Part shown: in pieces, positions 48,397-56,332 of the stretch
How positions within the stretch are numbered: position 1 is the stretch's first letter
How the letters are laid out: the number at the start of each line of letters is the position of its first letter
Assembly: GCA_938018055.1 (NCBI GenBank)
Contig: CALIKL010000040.1
Coordinates: 14,695 to 78,694 of the forward strand
Reading direction: 5' to 3'
DNA length: 64,000 bases
DNA from: an uncultured bacterium
GTDB taxonomy: Bacteria; Bacteroidota; Rhodothermia; Rhodothermales; UBA10348
Program-made: the position numbers and the translations under genes
The notes under the pieces: model-generated
Told to the model about the DNA's origin: nothing
The model's database searches: none
Seen by the model: only the letters and a program-made list of their open reading frames with translations

Positions 48397-50394
48397 TCAC
48401 CATACGATCTCTCCGCCGAAACGCTCCACAAGCGCGCGAACGGCGGGATTCTCTTCACACAACATTTCCAGGGTTTCTTTCGCGTTCAACTCATCGTCGG
48501 CCAGATCGGGATCGGAATTTGAAGGAGCCTCTACTTTGAACCCTATCCGCTCAACATGCTGATTGGTGCCTTCCGTCAGACGATGAGCCAGCTTGGCTCG
48601 CTCATTTCGAAGGGCCTTGGCATGGAATTCGTCCGGGACAGAAACCAGGAGTGTTTTCGCTTCAAAAGCGGTAAGCCGTGCATGACGAAGGAATGACCCG
48701 AGTTGCTTCTCCTTGGCCATGACTTCCTCAACGATCTCGTCCCATACGCGTTGGAATTCCTGTAATTCAGCCGGCGTGGAAATGAGCGATTCGTCTTCTT
48801 CCGGCTCCATTACCAACACGTCCTCATCTTGTACGAGGACGTTCGAAGGCTCCTCTTTACGAGGACGTAGTTTCCGAATAGCCGGCGCTTCACCAAACAG
48901 AGACGGTCCAGGATCTGGCTGGTGTACTGGTGATGGGTCGCCCGAAGGGCTTGGGGTCGGAACAGGTGTCGGCTCTGCAGGGTGTGGAGGCGAGGGCGGG
49001 GGTGCCGCCGTCGTTGGCACGTCTTCTGATGCGGGCGGATCATCGGCCGGATCCTCGTGGTCAGCCGGCTTGGCGGCAGACTGAGCTGCACGTGGAGCCG
49101 GGGCTGAAACTGGAGCTGGCAAAGGAGTCGCTGCTGAGGGAGAGGTACCCGTCACGCTGGGTGTTTCAGGTAAGGACTGCACTTGCTTACGGACCACGCG
49201 TTCTTCGATGATCTTCACTTCACCCGTGGTGGCCATCTTTTCAAGGCGATCCAAGGTGTCCAGCGCAGCCTTCACGTCAACGGCGTCAGGCAGGGAAGAC
49301 ATGCGGAGCAGACCCATCTCCAGGGTCAAACGTGGCTGACGAGAGGTGCGAAGCTGAGAGGAAAGCGTCCCGACAATGTGAACCAGAGACAACAATAAGG
49401 ACTGGGAAAAACGGGCGGCATGTTCAGCAATTCGCTTCCGATCGGCTTCGGTAGCTTCAATAAGTCGAGGGTCGTCGACCGTGCTTGCCACCAGGAAATT
49501 GCGCAAGTGCTCGGCCATTCCGTCGACAAATTCCTGCAAGTCATAGCCCGCCCGCACGATGCGATCCACGATATGGAGCATCACCGATGAATCGCGGTCA
49601 AGGACGGCGTCCGTGACGGAGAAATACAGATCGGTGTCCACGACCCCCAGCGCTTTGATCAGGGCTTCGTGCTGGATATCTGTTCCACACAGCGAAACGG
49701 CCTGGTCGAAAACCGAGAGGGCATCACGCAAAGCGCCGTCGCCCTTGCGTGCAATCAACATCAGCGATGCATCGTCTGCGGCTATGGATTCTTCGTGACA
49801 GACCAGGCGCAGTCGTTCAATGGTTTCCTGAACCGAAATGCGTCGGAAATCGAATCGCTGACAGCGGGACTGAATGGTTGGAAGGACCTTGTGGGGCTCG
49901 GTCGTCGCGAAAATGAACATCGCATGGGGTGGCGGCTCTTCCAGCGTTTTCAGCAAGGCGTTGAAGGCCGATGTGGTCAGCATGTGGACCTCGTCCACGA
50001 TGTAGACCTTCATGCGATTGTTCTGCGGGGGAATCCGCACCGTATCCCGAAGCTCCCGAATGTCGTCGACTTTGTTGTTTGAGGCTGCGTCGATTTCAAT
50101 GATGTTCAGGTTGCGTCCTTCCTCGAACGACTGGCAGGAGACACATTGCCTGCACGGTTCGGACCGATCTTCTCGATCTTCAATAGGAGTCGTGCAATTG
50201 ATGGCCTTCGCAAGGATTCGGGCCGCCGTGGTTTTTCCAACGCCTCTGGGACCTGTGAAAAGGTAGGCGTGAGCGAGACGGTCCAGCCGGATGGCATTCT
50301 TGAGTGTCTCCGTAACGTGTTCCTGCGCAACGACCTCCTTGAAAAGGAGAGGTCTGTACTTGCGGGCCGTGACCAGATAGGTCGACTCAGACAT
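48397..50394 (-). CDS. dnaX: DNA polymerase III subunit gamma/tau
   Basis: RKYRPLLFKEVVAQEHV, the GPRGVGKTTAARILAKAINC P-loop, the CRQCVSCQSF zinc module, and a Pro/Ala/Ser-rich linker. Confidence 0.92.
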   Translation of the reverse strand: MSESTYLVTARKYRPLLFKEVVAQEHVTETLKNAIRLDRLAHAYLFTGPRGVGKTTAARILAKAINCTTPIEDREDRSEPCRQCVSCQSFEEGRNLNIIEIDAASNNKVDDIRELRDTVRIPPQNNRMKVYIVDEVHMLTTSAFNALLKTLEEPPPHAMFIFATTEPHKVLPTIQSRCQRFDFRRISVQETIERLRLVCHEESIAADDASLMLIARKGDGALRDALSVFDQAVSLCGTDIQHEALIKALGVVDTDLYFSVTDAVLDRDSSVMLHIVDRIVRAGYDLQEFVDGMAEHLRNFLVASTVDDPRLIEATEADRKRIAEHAARFSQSLLLSLVHIVGTLSSQLRTSRQPRLTLEMGLLRMSSLPDAVDVKAALDTLDRLEKMATTGEVKIIEERVVRKQVQSLPETPSVTGTSPSAATPLPAPVSAPAPRAAQSAAKPADHEDPADDPPASEDVPTTAAPPPSPPHPAEPTPVPTPSPSGDPSPVHQPDPGPSLFGEAPAIRKLRPRKEEPSNVLVQDEDVLVMEPEEDESLISTPAELQEFQRVWDEIVEEVMAKEKQLGSFLRHARLTAFEAKTLLVSVPDEFHAKALRNERAKLAHRLTEGTNQHVERIGFKVEAPSNSDPDLADDELNAKETLEMLCEENPAVRALVERFGGEIVW

Positions 50395-50460
50395 GGGAGA
50401 ACCGGAAATGCACGGGAATTCAGAGCTCGGGGTCGGTCAACATAGCGTCGATATGCACGC

Positions 50461-50520
50461 ATCGCAACCGTGTTTTCAGGTACTCTGATTCACCTTCCAG
50501 GTTCTGACTACCACGGCGAT
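50461..50520 (-). other. 60-nt imperfect hairpin in the dnaX leader (SRP domain-IV-like apex; identity unproven)
   Basis: On the minus strand: ATCGC/CGTG/GTA...UC..ACC-UGGAA-GGU..GA...TAC/CACG/GCGAT. The terminal 5-bp, 4-bp and 3-bp helices pair exactly. Confidence 0.25.
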
Positions 50521-50532
50521 ATCCGCTTGATT

Positions 50533-50898
50533 TCAAGCGGCCAAACGTCCAACCAGCATGCCAATGACTGTTCTCGTGATTGCCTGTCGGAAAAGATCCA
50601 CTTCAACCTGAGTCAACCCCGCTACCCTCAGCGCCTCAAGTCGGCGAAGATCGAGTTTTGATCGTACCAGCCAACGGACGTCTGATTCGGTCAGTTCTCC
50701 AGATGCTGCTTGGCTCGCCCATGATTCCAATTGAACCGCGGAATCTCTAATTAACGAAGCGCCTGCAGGAAGCAGCCGGTCCGAGAGTCGAGGCAATGTA
50801 GCCTCCAGCTGGTATCGGATTTCATTCACTAAGGTATCGACGAATGGCTCTGGCATCTCGGATTCGGGTTCTGGAAATGTGATGCTCCTGATCATCAC
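50533..50898 (-). CDS. hypothetical protein
   Basis: Coding-like composition. No recognised motif. Confidence 0.4.
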   Translation of the reverse strand: MMIRSITFPEPESEMPEPFVDTLVNEIRYQLEATLPRLSDRLLPAGASLIRDSAVQLESWASQAASGELTESDVRWLVRSKLDLRRLEALRVAGLTQVEVDLFRQAITRTVIGMLVGRLAA

Positions 50899-51032
50899 GG
50901 TCCCGGTTAATCATGGTCTGTTGATCATTGGCTTGATCCCACCTTTCCGCTTTCAAGACCGATGATGGCATCGAATCCTGCTTCAATCTGAATGGACGCT
51001 TCCCGTATGAAGCCCCACGTCAAGGAGTCCTC

Positions 51033-51356
51033 CTACTCCCATCGTTGGAGGAATCCTCCTACCATATATCCACCGGGATCCGTCATGATTTCCCACTGAC
51101 GGGTAGTGATGGAATTGTTCGGACGCCCCCGCGCATATTCCACGGCTTTCAACAGGCGTGTCTGCAAGGATTCGACACGGTTGGCGTGTTGCGAAAACGG
51201 ATCTTCTGCCCGTTGGATGGTTCGTAATGCATCCACTTTCAGGTCGACCGCCAGTTCGTAGGCCCGGCTGGAAAAAGGCGCAATCGTGGGTGAACATCCC
51301 CATCCGAGCACCAAGACCGGAATCAGGCTACCGGGATATGTGCGATGATGTCTCAA
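51033..51356 (-). CDS. hypothetical protein
   Basis: Preferred over the overlapping 50983..51303 frame on composition. No recognised motif. Confidence 0.35.
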   Translation of the reverse strand: MRHHRTYPGSLIPVLVLGWGCSPTIAPFSSRAYELAVDLKVDALRTIQRAEDPFSQHANRVESLQTRLLKAVEYARGRPNNSITTRQWEIMTDPGGYMVGGFLQRWE

Positions 51357-51373
51357 GCGGTGACTTTTTTCTG

Positions 51374-51406
51374 GCGTGAAGCGTGTTTTTGAGAGCGTGA
51401 GGCGTG
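51374..51406. promoter_or_regulatory. phased direct repeat GCGTGA(A/G)GCGTG x2, candidate operator between dinB and a divergent gene
   Basis: GCGTGAAGCGTG at 51374..51385 and GCGTGAGGCGTG at 51395..51406. The offset is exactly 21 bp. Confidence 0.3.
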
Positions 51407-51459
51407 CTTGGATCCTCTACCCATTGAAATGCGATAAAGGGGGGAATCACGACGAGAGC

Positions 51460-52545
51460 ATGGCCCACCTACGCAAAATCATCCATGTAGATATGGACGC
51501 GTTTTATGCGTCCGTCGAGCAGCGCGACTTTCCTGAACTGAGAGGGCGTCCAGTCGCTGTCGGGGGATCTTCCAAACGGGGCGTGGTTTCGGCTGCTTCC
51601 TATGAGGCTCGTCAATTCGGCGTTCACTCGGCCATGCCATCAGCTATTGCCGCAAGAAAGTGTCCGGGCCTCATCTTCGTTCCAGCTCGATTCGAGGTAT
51701 ATCGAACCGTCTCACGGCAGATTCGGGATATTTTCCTCCGGTTCACGGAAACGTTGGAGCCGTTATCCCTGGATGAGGCCTACTTGGATGTCACCTCGCC
51801 AATTCAGGTTGGTCTTTCTGCTACGGAAATGGCGCGCCGAATTCGGCGCGCCATCAAAGAAGAGGTAAGCCTGACGGCTTCGGCAGGCGTGTCGTTCAAC
51901 AAGTTTCTGGCCAAGGTGGGGTCCGATCACAACAAACCGGATGGCCTCACAGTGATACGTCCACGGGATGCTCTGGCCTTTATTGCTTCCTTGCCGGTAG
52001 AGAAATTCCACGGCGTTGGGCCGGTGACGGCGAGGCGCATGCACGAGCAGGGAATTCGAACGGGTGCCGACCTTAGGCAGATTGACGAAGATGAGCTTGT
52101 GCAGCGCTTCGGCAAAGCAGGTCGCTATTATTTCCGTGTCAGCAGAGGACAAGATGACCGTCCGGTCCGCATGCATCGCGGCCGTAAGTCGCTCGGCGCT
52201 GAACGTACGTTCGATGCCAACCTGACTGACCCGAAGGCCATGATGGAGCGACTATCCGGCATAGCAGATAAGGTCTCGGAGCGGCTCCAAAACGCTCAAT
52301 TGGCGGGACAGACGGTTACACTCAAAATCAAAACGTCTGATTTTCAGATTTCGACGCGCCAGACAAGTACCTCGCATCTCATTCATGACCGGGAGGATAT
52401 TCTGGAGGTAGTAGACCTCCTTTTACACCACGCTCCAAGTCCTCCAGACAAACCTGTGCGGCTGCTGGGAATCTCCCTTTCCCACCTTAGATCTCTTGCC
52501 GACGGGCTTCCACCCGAACAACTTCGATTGGATCTCGAGGGATGA
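51460..52545 (+). CDS. dinB: DNA polymerase IV
   Basis: KIIHVDMDAFYASVEQRD, SLDEAYLDVT, SAGVSFNKFLAKVGSDHNKPDG. The start was set at ATG 51460 (MAHLRKIIHVDMD). Confidence 0.9.
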   Translation: MAHLRKIIHVDMDAFYASVEQRDFPELRGRPVAVGGSSKRGVVSAASYEARQFGVHSAMPSAIAARKCPGLIFVPARFEVYRTVSRQIRDIFLRFTETLEPLSLDEAYLDVTSPIQVGLSATEMARRIRRAIKEEVSLTASAGVSFNKFLAKVGSDHNKPDGLTVIRPRDALAFIASLPVEKFHGVGPVTARRMHEQGIRTGADLRQIDEDELVQRFGKAGRYYFRVSRGQDDRPVRMHRGRKSLGAERTFDANLTDPKAMMERLSGIADKVSERLQNAQLAGQTVTLKIKTSDFQISTRQTSTSHLIHDREDILEVVDLLLHHAPSPPDKPVRLLGISLSHLRSLADGLPPEQLRLDLEG

Positions 52546-52570
52546 CCCGAGTGACCTGCCTTTCGTAGCG

Positions 52571-53080
52571 TTAGGCTGCCTTGGAGGCTGCTTTGGAAGC
52601 TGCGGAGGTCTCATTCTGTCGACTTGCAGAACGATTGGGACGGCGGGGGCCACGACTCTCGGCTACCGATGCCGTGACGGGAGCCTGTGCGGCTTTTTGA
52701 AGCTGGCGGCTGATGAAATTCAAGGTTGCCCGGTGCGTCTCCATTTCCAGATCACCACTGAGCATGGCCCGCACATACTGGTCATGGGCGAGGTTCTTGA
52801 CGGCCTGGAGCTGAGAGAAAGGCAGCGCATCCAGAGGTATGCGGATTGCCTCGTTCGACGAGATGAGTTCGGGGCGGAGGCCGGCAATATTGAGATAGAA
52901 TCCGTGCTTTTTCATGCCTGCCAGGATATGTGCACTCAGCATGCCAGGAGTTGCCAGCGCCTTTCTGCGCGACAGTGGCTGGGGCGATGCGACAGGGATG
53001 GGTGAGGAGACAGTGTGCTTTGAGGTTTTCATGGTCTTTGGCAGCGCTCGGGTCCGGCTTCTTGAGTGAATCTGGGTCAT
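52571..53080 (-). CDS. hypothetical protein with basic low-complexity C-terminal tail
   Basis: Preferred over the Cys-rich antisense ORF 52496..53005. The tail reads RRPNRSASRQNETSAASKAASKAA. The start is uncertain (internal Met candidates exist). Confidence 0.4.
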   Translation of the reverse strand: MTQIHSRSRTRALPKTMKTSKHTVSSPIPVASPQPLSRRKALATPGMLSAHILAGMKKHGFYLNIAGLRPELISSNEAIRIPLDALPFSQLQAVKNLAHDQYVRAMLSGDLEMETHRATLNFISRQLQKAAQAPVTASVAESRGPRRPNRSASRQNETSAASKAASKAA

Positions 53081-53131
53081 AATTCTGACCCGTCAGGATG
53101 GATTGCGTAACTCTTGATTGCATGATACAGC

Positions 53132-53163
53132 AAGGGGTGTGACATCGAAATGTCACACCCCTT
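53132..53163. repeat. perfect inverted repeat (14-bp stem, 4-nt loop)
   Basis: AAGGGGTGTGACAT-CGAA-ATGTCACACCCCTT, in the intergenic space between two minus-strand genes. Confidence 0.6.
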
Positions 53164-53228
53164 CGAGTCATACTCAAAAAAATGAAAGATCCTTCCCAAA
53201 GGCTCCTGAAAGTCTCAAGAAGGAGGAA

Positions 53229-54377
53229 TCAGGTTATCACCTCGCGAACAACATCAACCCTGATCTGACGCGTTGCATAGCCCTCCAGAACTTTCTCGTA
53301 GCAGCCAGCCGTCGCACCAATGAATTCCGGTGGATTGATTCCCGGACGTTCGAAATGCCCATCGAGCAGAAGCGTAGAGACTACCGTGCATGTATAACCT
53401 GTGGTTCGAGCCATGGAATGGATATCCGTCTCTTCGTCATAGAAATCAAGCAAGTCGAAGGTATACCGAACCTGCTCTCCCGCTTCAACACCTTCCATTT
53501 CCACCCGCATTACGGTTAAATCCCGATCCTCTTTTGTCATTTTCCACGCATCGAAGAGCAGACGACTTGTCACATCGATGGGCCGGACATCTCCCGACTT
53601 CGTAGAGACCGCCTCTTCACTGAACAGTCCGGTATCACGAAAGGTGCGCATGAGGGCAGCATGACCCGGGTAGCGAAGCGTCTTTTCCTTCTTGAATGGA
53701 GCATCCAATGTGTGGATGAGCGACCGAAGGCCGTCAGTATTGAATGCTTCCAGCGATCCGGCGCCAGGCAAAACGATTGGCTCGATGTCTGTTAGAGCTG
53801 GACGGACAACCACCTTGCCATGCTCCACATAGCGAGCCGGGCGCGTGTACTCTTCAATCACGTCAATGGGTGAGAAGACAGCACGGTACTCGAAAGGCTG
53901 CACACGTACGGTTGGAAGACCACCGACCATGCACAGATAGGACTGTACACTTTCCATGCGCTCTTGGACCCAACCAGCCTGGATATTGCACAGACCCGGA
54001 GCAACACCGCAATCAACAACTGCGGTGACCCCTTTCTCTCTCGCCAGGTCATTCAGATCCATGGCGTCCTCGGGAAAGAAGGAGATATCAACCACGTGTT
54101 TTCCCGCTTCGATGATCTTTCGAAGCGTTTCATACCCCATGAATCCCGGTACGGCACAGATAACGAGCGCCGCATCAGCGACCAGTTCAGCGACCTTGCC
54201 CGGTTGGGAGACATCTTCGAGGCGAACTGTAATGCGATCGGATTCCGGGAGCGCATCCAGGTTCTCGCGGGAAATATCGACAGCCACGACATGCCGGTTT
54301 TCTACCAGCGCGAAATCTTTAACGATGGCACTTCCGACAAGGCCACAGCCAAGGACTACGACGGGATTATTATTCAT
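53229..54377 (-). CDS. saccharopine dehydrogenase family oxidoreductase
   Basis: N-terminal Rossmann motif VVVLGCGLVGSAIVKD, about 380 aa, and a Sacchrp_dh-like layout. Confidence 0.75.
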   Translation of the reverse strand: MNNNPVVVLGCGLVGSAIVKDFALVENRHVVAVDISRENLDALPESDRITVRLEDVSQPGKVAELVADAALVICAVPGFMGYETLRKIIEAGKHVVDISFFPEDAMDLNDLAREKGVTAVVDCGVAPGLCNIQAGWVQERMESVQSYLCMVGGLPTVRVQPFEYRAVFSPIDVIEEYTRPARYVEHGKVVVRPALTDIEPIVLPGAGSLEAFNTDGLRSLIHTLDAPFKKEKTLRYPGHAALMRTFRDTGLFSEEAVSTKSGDVRPIDVTSRLLFDAWKMTKEDRDLTVMRVEMEGVEAGEQVRYTFDLLDFYDEETDIHSMARTTGYTCTVVSTLLLDGHFERPGINPPEFIGATAGCYEKVLEGYATRQIRVDVVREVIT

Positions 54378-54747
54378 CTTCTTCCGAGAGTTGATCAGGT
54401 CGTTGAATCAAACCGATTGAGTTTCCTTGAGGATCGCGAATCATGCCAAAGGTCACATCACCGGTATCGATTGGTTCTATGCGAACCGAGCCCCCGAGGG
54501 CTTGGGCTTGCTTGATGGCATCGGAAAGGTCCTCGACTTCAACATAAAACACGACTTCGGCCTCTCCCGTCGGTTCATGGCGAATTCCTCCTCCTATGGG
54601 CCCTGCAGATCCATTGCTGATGAATCCGTATTGCATGTCGCCTTCGCCTTGATGATCAATCTTCCAGTCAAATAGGCTGCGGTAAAAGGATTCCAGTTCG
54701 GGGCCGTCGGTACCGGCCACTTCAAAGTGGATGATGGGTTTTCCCAT
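54370..54747 (-). CDS. VOC (glyoxalase/bleomycin-resistance) family protein
   Basis: IIHFEVAGTDGPELESFYRSLFDWKI. The start was set at Met 54747 to remove a 53-nt overlap with the upstream gene. Confidence 0.75.
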   Translation of the reverse strand: MGKPIIHFEVAGTDGPELESFYRSLFDWKIDHQGEGDMQYGFISNGSAGPIGGGIRHEPTGEAEVVFYVEVEDLSDAIKQAQALGGSVRIEPIDTGDVTFGMIRDPQGNSIGLIQRPDQLSEEDE

Positions 54748-54784
54748 GATGTCGCGGACAAAGTGGAGAGGCGGTCGCTGGTCG

Positions 54785-56239
54785 TTACTTGACGAAGACG
54801 ACGCGCTTCGTTTCAATCGATTCTCCAATATCGACAAGAAAGATGTATCCGCCTGCAGCTACGCGGACACCAGCTTCATTTCTTCCGTCCCAAACCAACT
54901 CGTAGGACCCCGCCTGGAGATATTGACTTGGGAAGGCGCGGTGCTCGCGGCCAAGCATGTCAATGACTTTGAAATGAACCATGGAAGCCCGCTCCAACGA
55001 GTAGGGAAGGCGAGCCTGTTCAGAAAACGGATTGGGGTAAGGGTTGTCGAGAGTGAAAGCCTCGGGTAGCGGCGTTGCTTCAAGCGAGGTGCTGGTAGCG
55101 GATTGCGTTGTAAGCTTGTAAAGTCTCAGGCCCACGCCGTAGGCCAAGGAATCGTTCACAACGAAGAAACGGTTCATCGCGCCGTCCATTTGACCATTAC
55201 CGGTACCGGGATTGTAGGAAGCCAGCTGGGTCCATGTGTCTCCGCCATCCGCTGTGACCGATGTGACGCCGCGACCGGATACCCATCCGACGTCCGGCGA
55301 AATGAAGCCGATTCCTTGCATGCCGGCACTCGCCCTGCTGCCTGGGATATACACTTCGCTCCAGGTGGCGCCACCGTCTACCGTCTTCAGGACTTTGGCG
55401 ACGGGAGTGCTTGAACTATTGTACTCGACCGATATGTAACCGACGTCCTCGGTAGGAAAGGAGATCTTCCAGCCCCATTCCGCTTGGGCCCCATCCGTCA
55501 ACGTGGAAACGAAAACACGCTCCCATGTAATGCCGCCGTCCAAGGTGCGCAATACAACGGTGGTCCCTGAGCCCAACCCGTCGGTACCGCCTGTGGCGTA
55601 GCCCTCGAGTTCGTTCTTGAAATAAACGTCGATCAGATTTTCGGCAAGACCACCTACGGGCGTCCCGACCCATGTTTCACCACCGTTCTCGGATCTCAAG
55701 ACGGTCGGTTCGCCGTAGTACGCGCCGACGGCCCATGCCTTCTCACCCAAGGTGACCATCCCGCAGATGCCGTACGGAACCGTTCCACTGATGCGATGCG
55801 TGATATCAATCCAGTGTTCTCCCCCGTCGCGCGTTTCCCACAACATGCCTGAGCTGTTTCCGGCCTCAGCTGGAATGACCGTTCCTGCCCAGCACACTTC
55901 TTTACCAGAAGCAGTCGAAGGGTAATCCCGACAGGCGACGGCGCGGAATCGGGCCTGAGGTTTTACCGCCTGACGTGTCCAGGACTGCGCGCCATCTTCC
56001 GTATGCCAAATTTCACCGGCAAGATTCACGACCCATCCGCGGTCAGGGTCCAGCCAGGTCATGTCATCGTAGCGTCCTGCCGGTGAGTTCGGGAGCGTCT
56101 CGACGTAGTCCCATAGAGGGATGGCTTCCTGGGCGGCGATCGGCGATGCGTCCACTGCGAAAATCAGAAAGGCGGCGAAAAAAACGGGGTAGCGGCGCGA
56201 CATGGAGTTGCGGGGCTTCTTTCGGAGAATGGGACCCAC
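54785..56239 (-). CDS. T9SS-sorted Asp-box (BNR/Ycf48-like) beta-propeller protein
   Basis: Signal peptide plus six SxDxGxxW-type boxes: TEDGAQSW, TRDGGEHW, SENGGETW, TLDGGITW, TVDGGATW, TADGGDTW. The C-terminus NPYPNPFSEQARLPYSL...IFLVDIGESIETKRVVFVK is a Por-type tail. Confidence 0.75.
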   Translation of the reverse strand: MGPILRKKPRNSMSRRYPVFFAAFLIFAVDASPIAAQEAIPLWDYVETLPNSPAGRYDDMTWLDPDRGWVVNLAGEIWHTEDGAQSWTRQAVKPQARFRAVACRDYPSTASGKEVCWAGTVIPAEAGNSSGMLWETRDGGEHWIDITHRISGTVPYGICGMVTLGEKAWAVGAYYGEPTVLRSENGGETWVGTPVGGLAENLIDVYFKNELEGYATGGTDGLGSGTTVVLRTLDGGITWERVFVSTLTDGAQAEWGWKISFPTEDVGYISVEYNSSSTPVAKVLKTVDGGATWSEVYIPGSRASAGMQGIGFISPDVGWVSGRGVTSVTADGGDTWTQLASYNPGTGNGQMDGAMNRFFVVNDSLAYGVGLRLYKLTTQSATSTSLEATPLPEAFTLDNPYPNPFSEQARLPYSLERASMVHFKVIDMLGREHRAFPSQYLQAGSYELVWDGRNEAGVRVAAGGYIFLVDIGESIETKRVVFVK

Positions 56240-56332
56240 AAGTGCTGCGAAGCAATGCGGTTTAGGCAGAAGGTAAGCGGCTTGTGTTCAAAAAGCGGGG
56301 TCAAAAACGACGGACATCGATGGCTGGTCCGG

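Noticed and set aside
48397-50394. A search for a dnaX gamma/tau programmed frameshift or slippage site (an A AAA AAG type heptamer or a long A run).
   Set aside because: No such heptamer was found by eye. The only A5 run is the P-loop GGA AAA ACC. There is no basis for claiming a gamma product.
50983-51303. 106-aa minus-strand ORF overlapping 51033..51356 in another frame.
   Set aside because: The composition is Gly/Arg/His/Pro-rich. The alternative frame reads as normal helical protein sequence. Only one can be real, and neither has homology support I can see.
52496-53005. 169-aa plus-strand ORF overlapping the dinB 3' end.
   Set aside because: The sequence is Cys/Gly/Arg-rich and implausible. 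The opposite-strand ORF (52571..53080) has a far more protein-like sequence.
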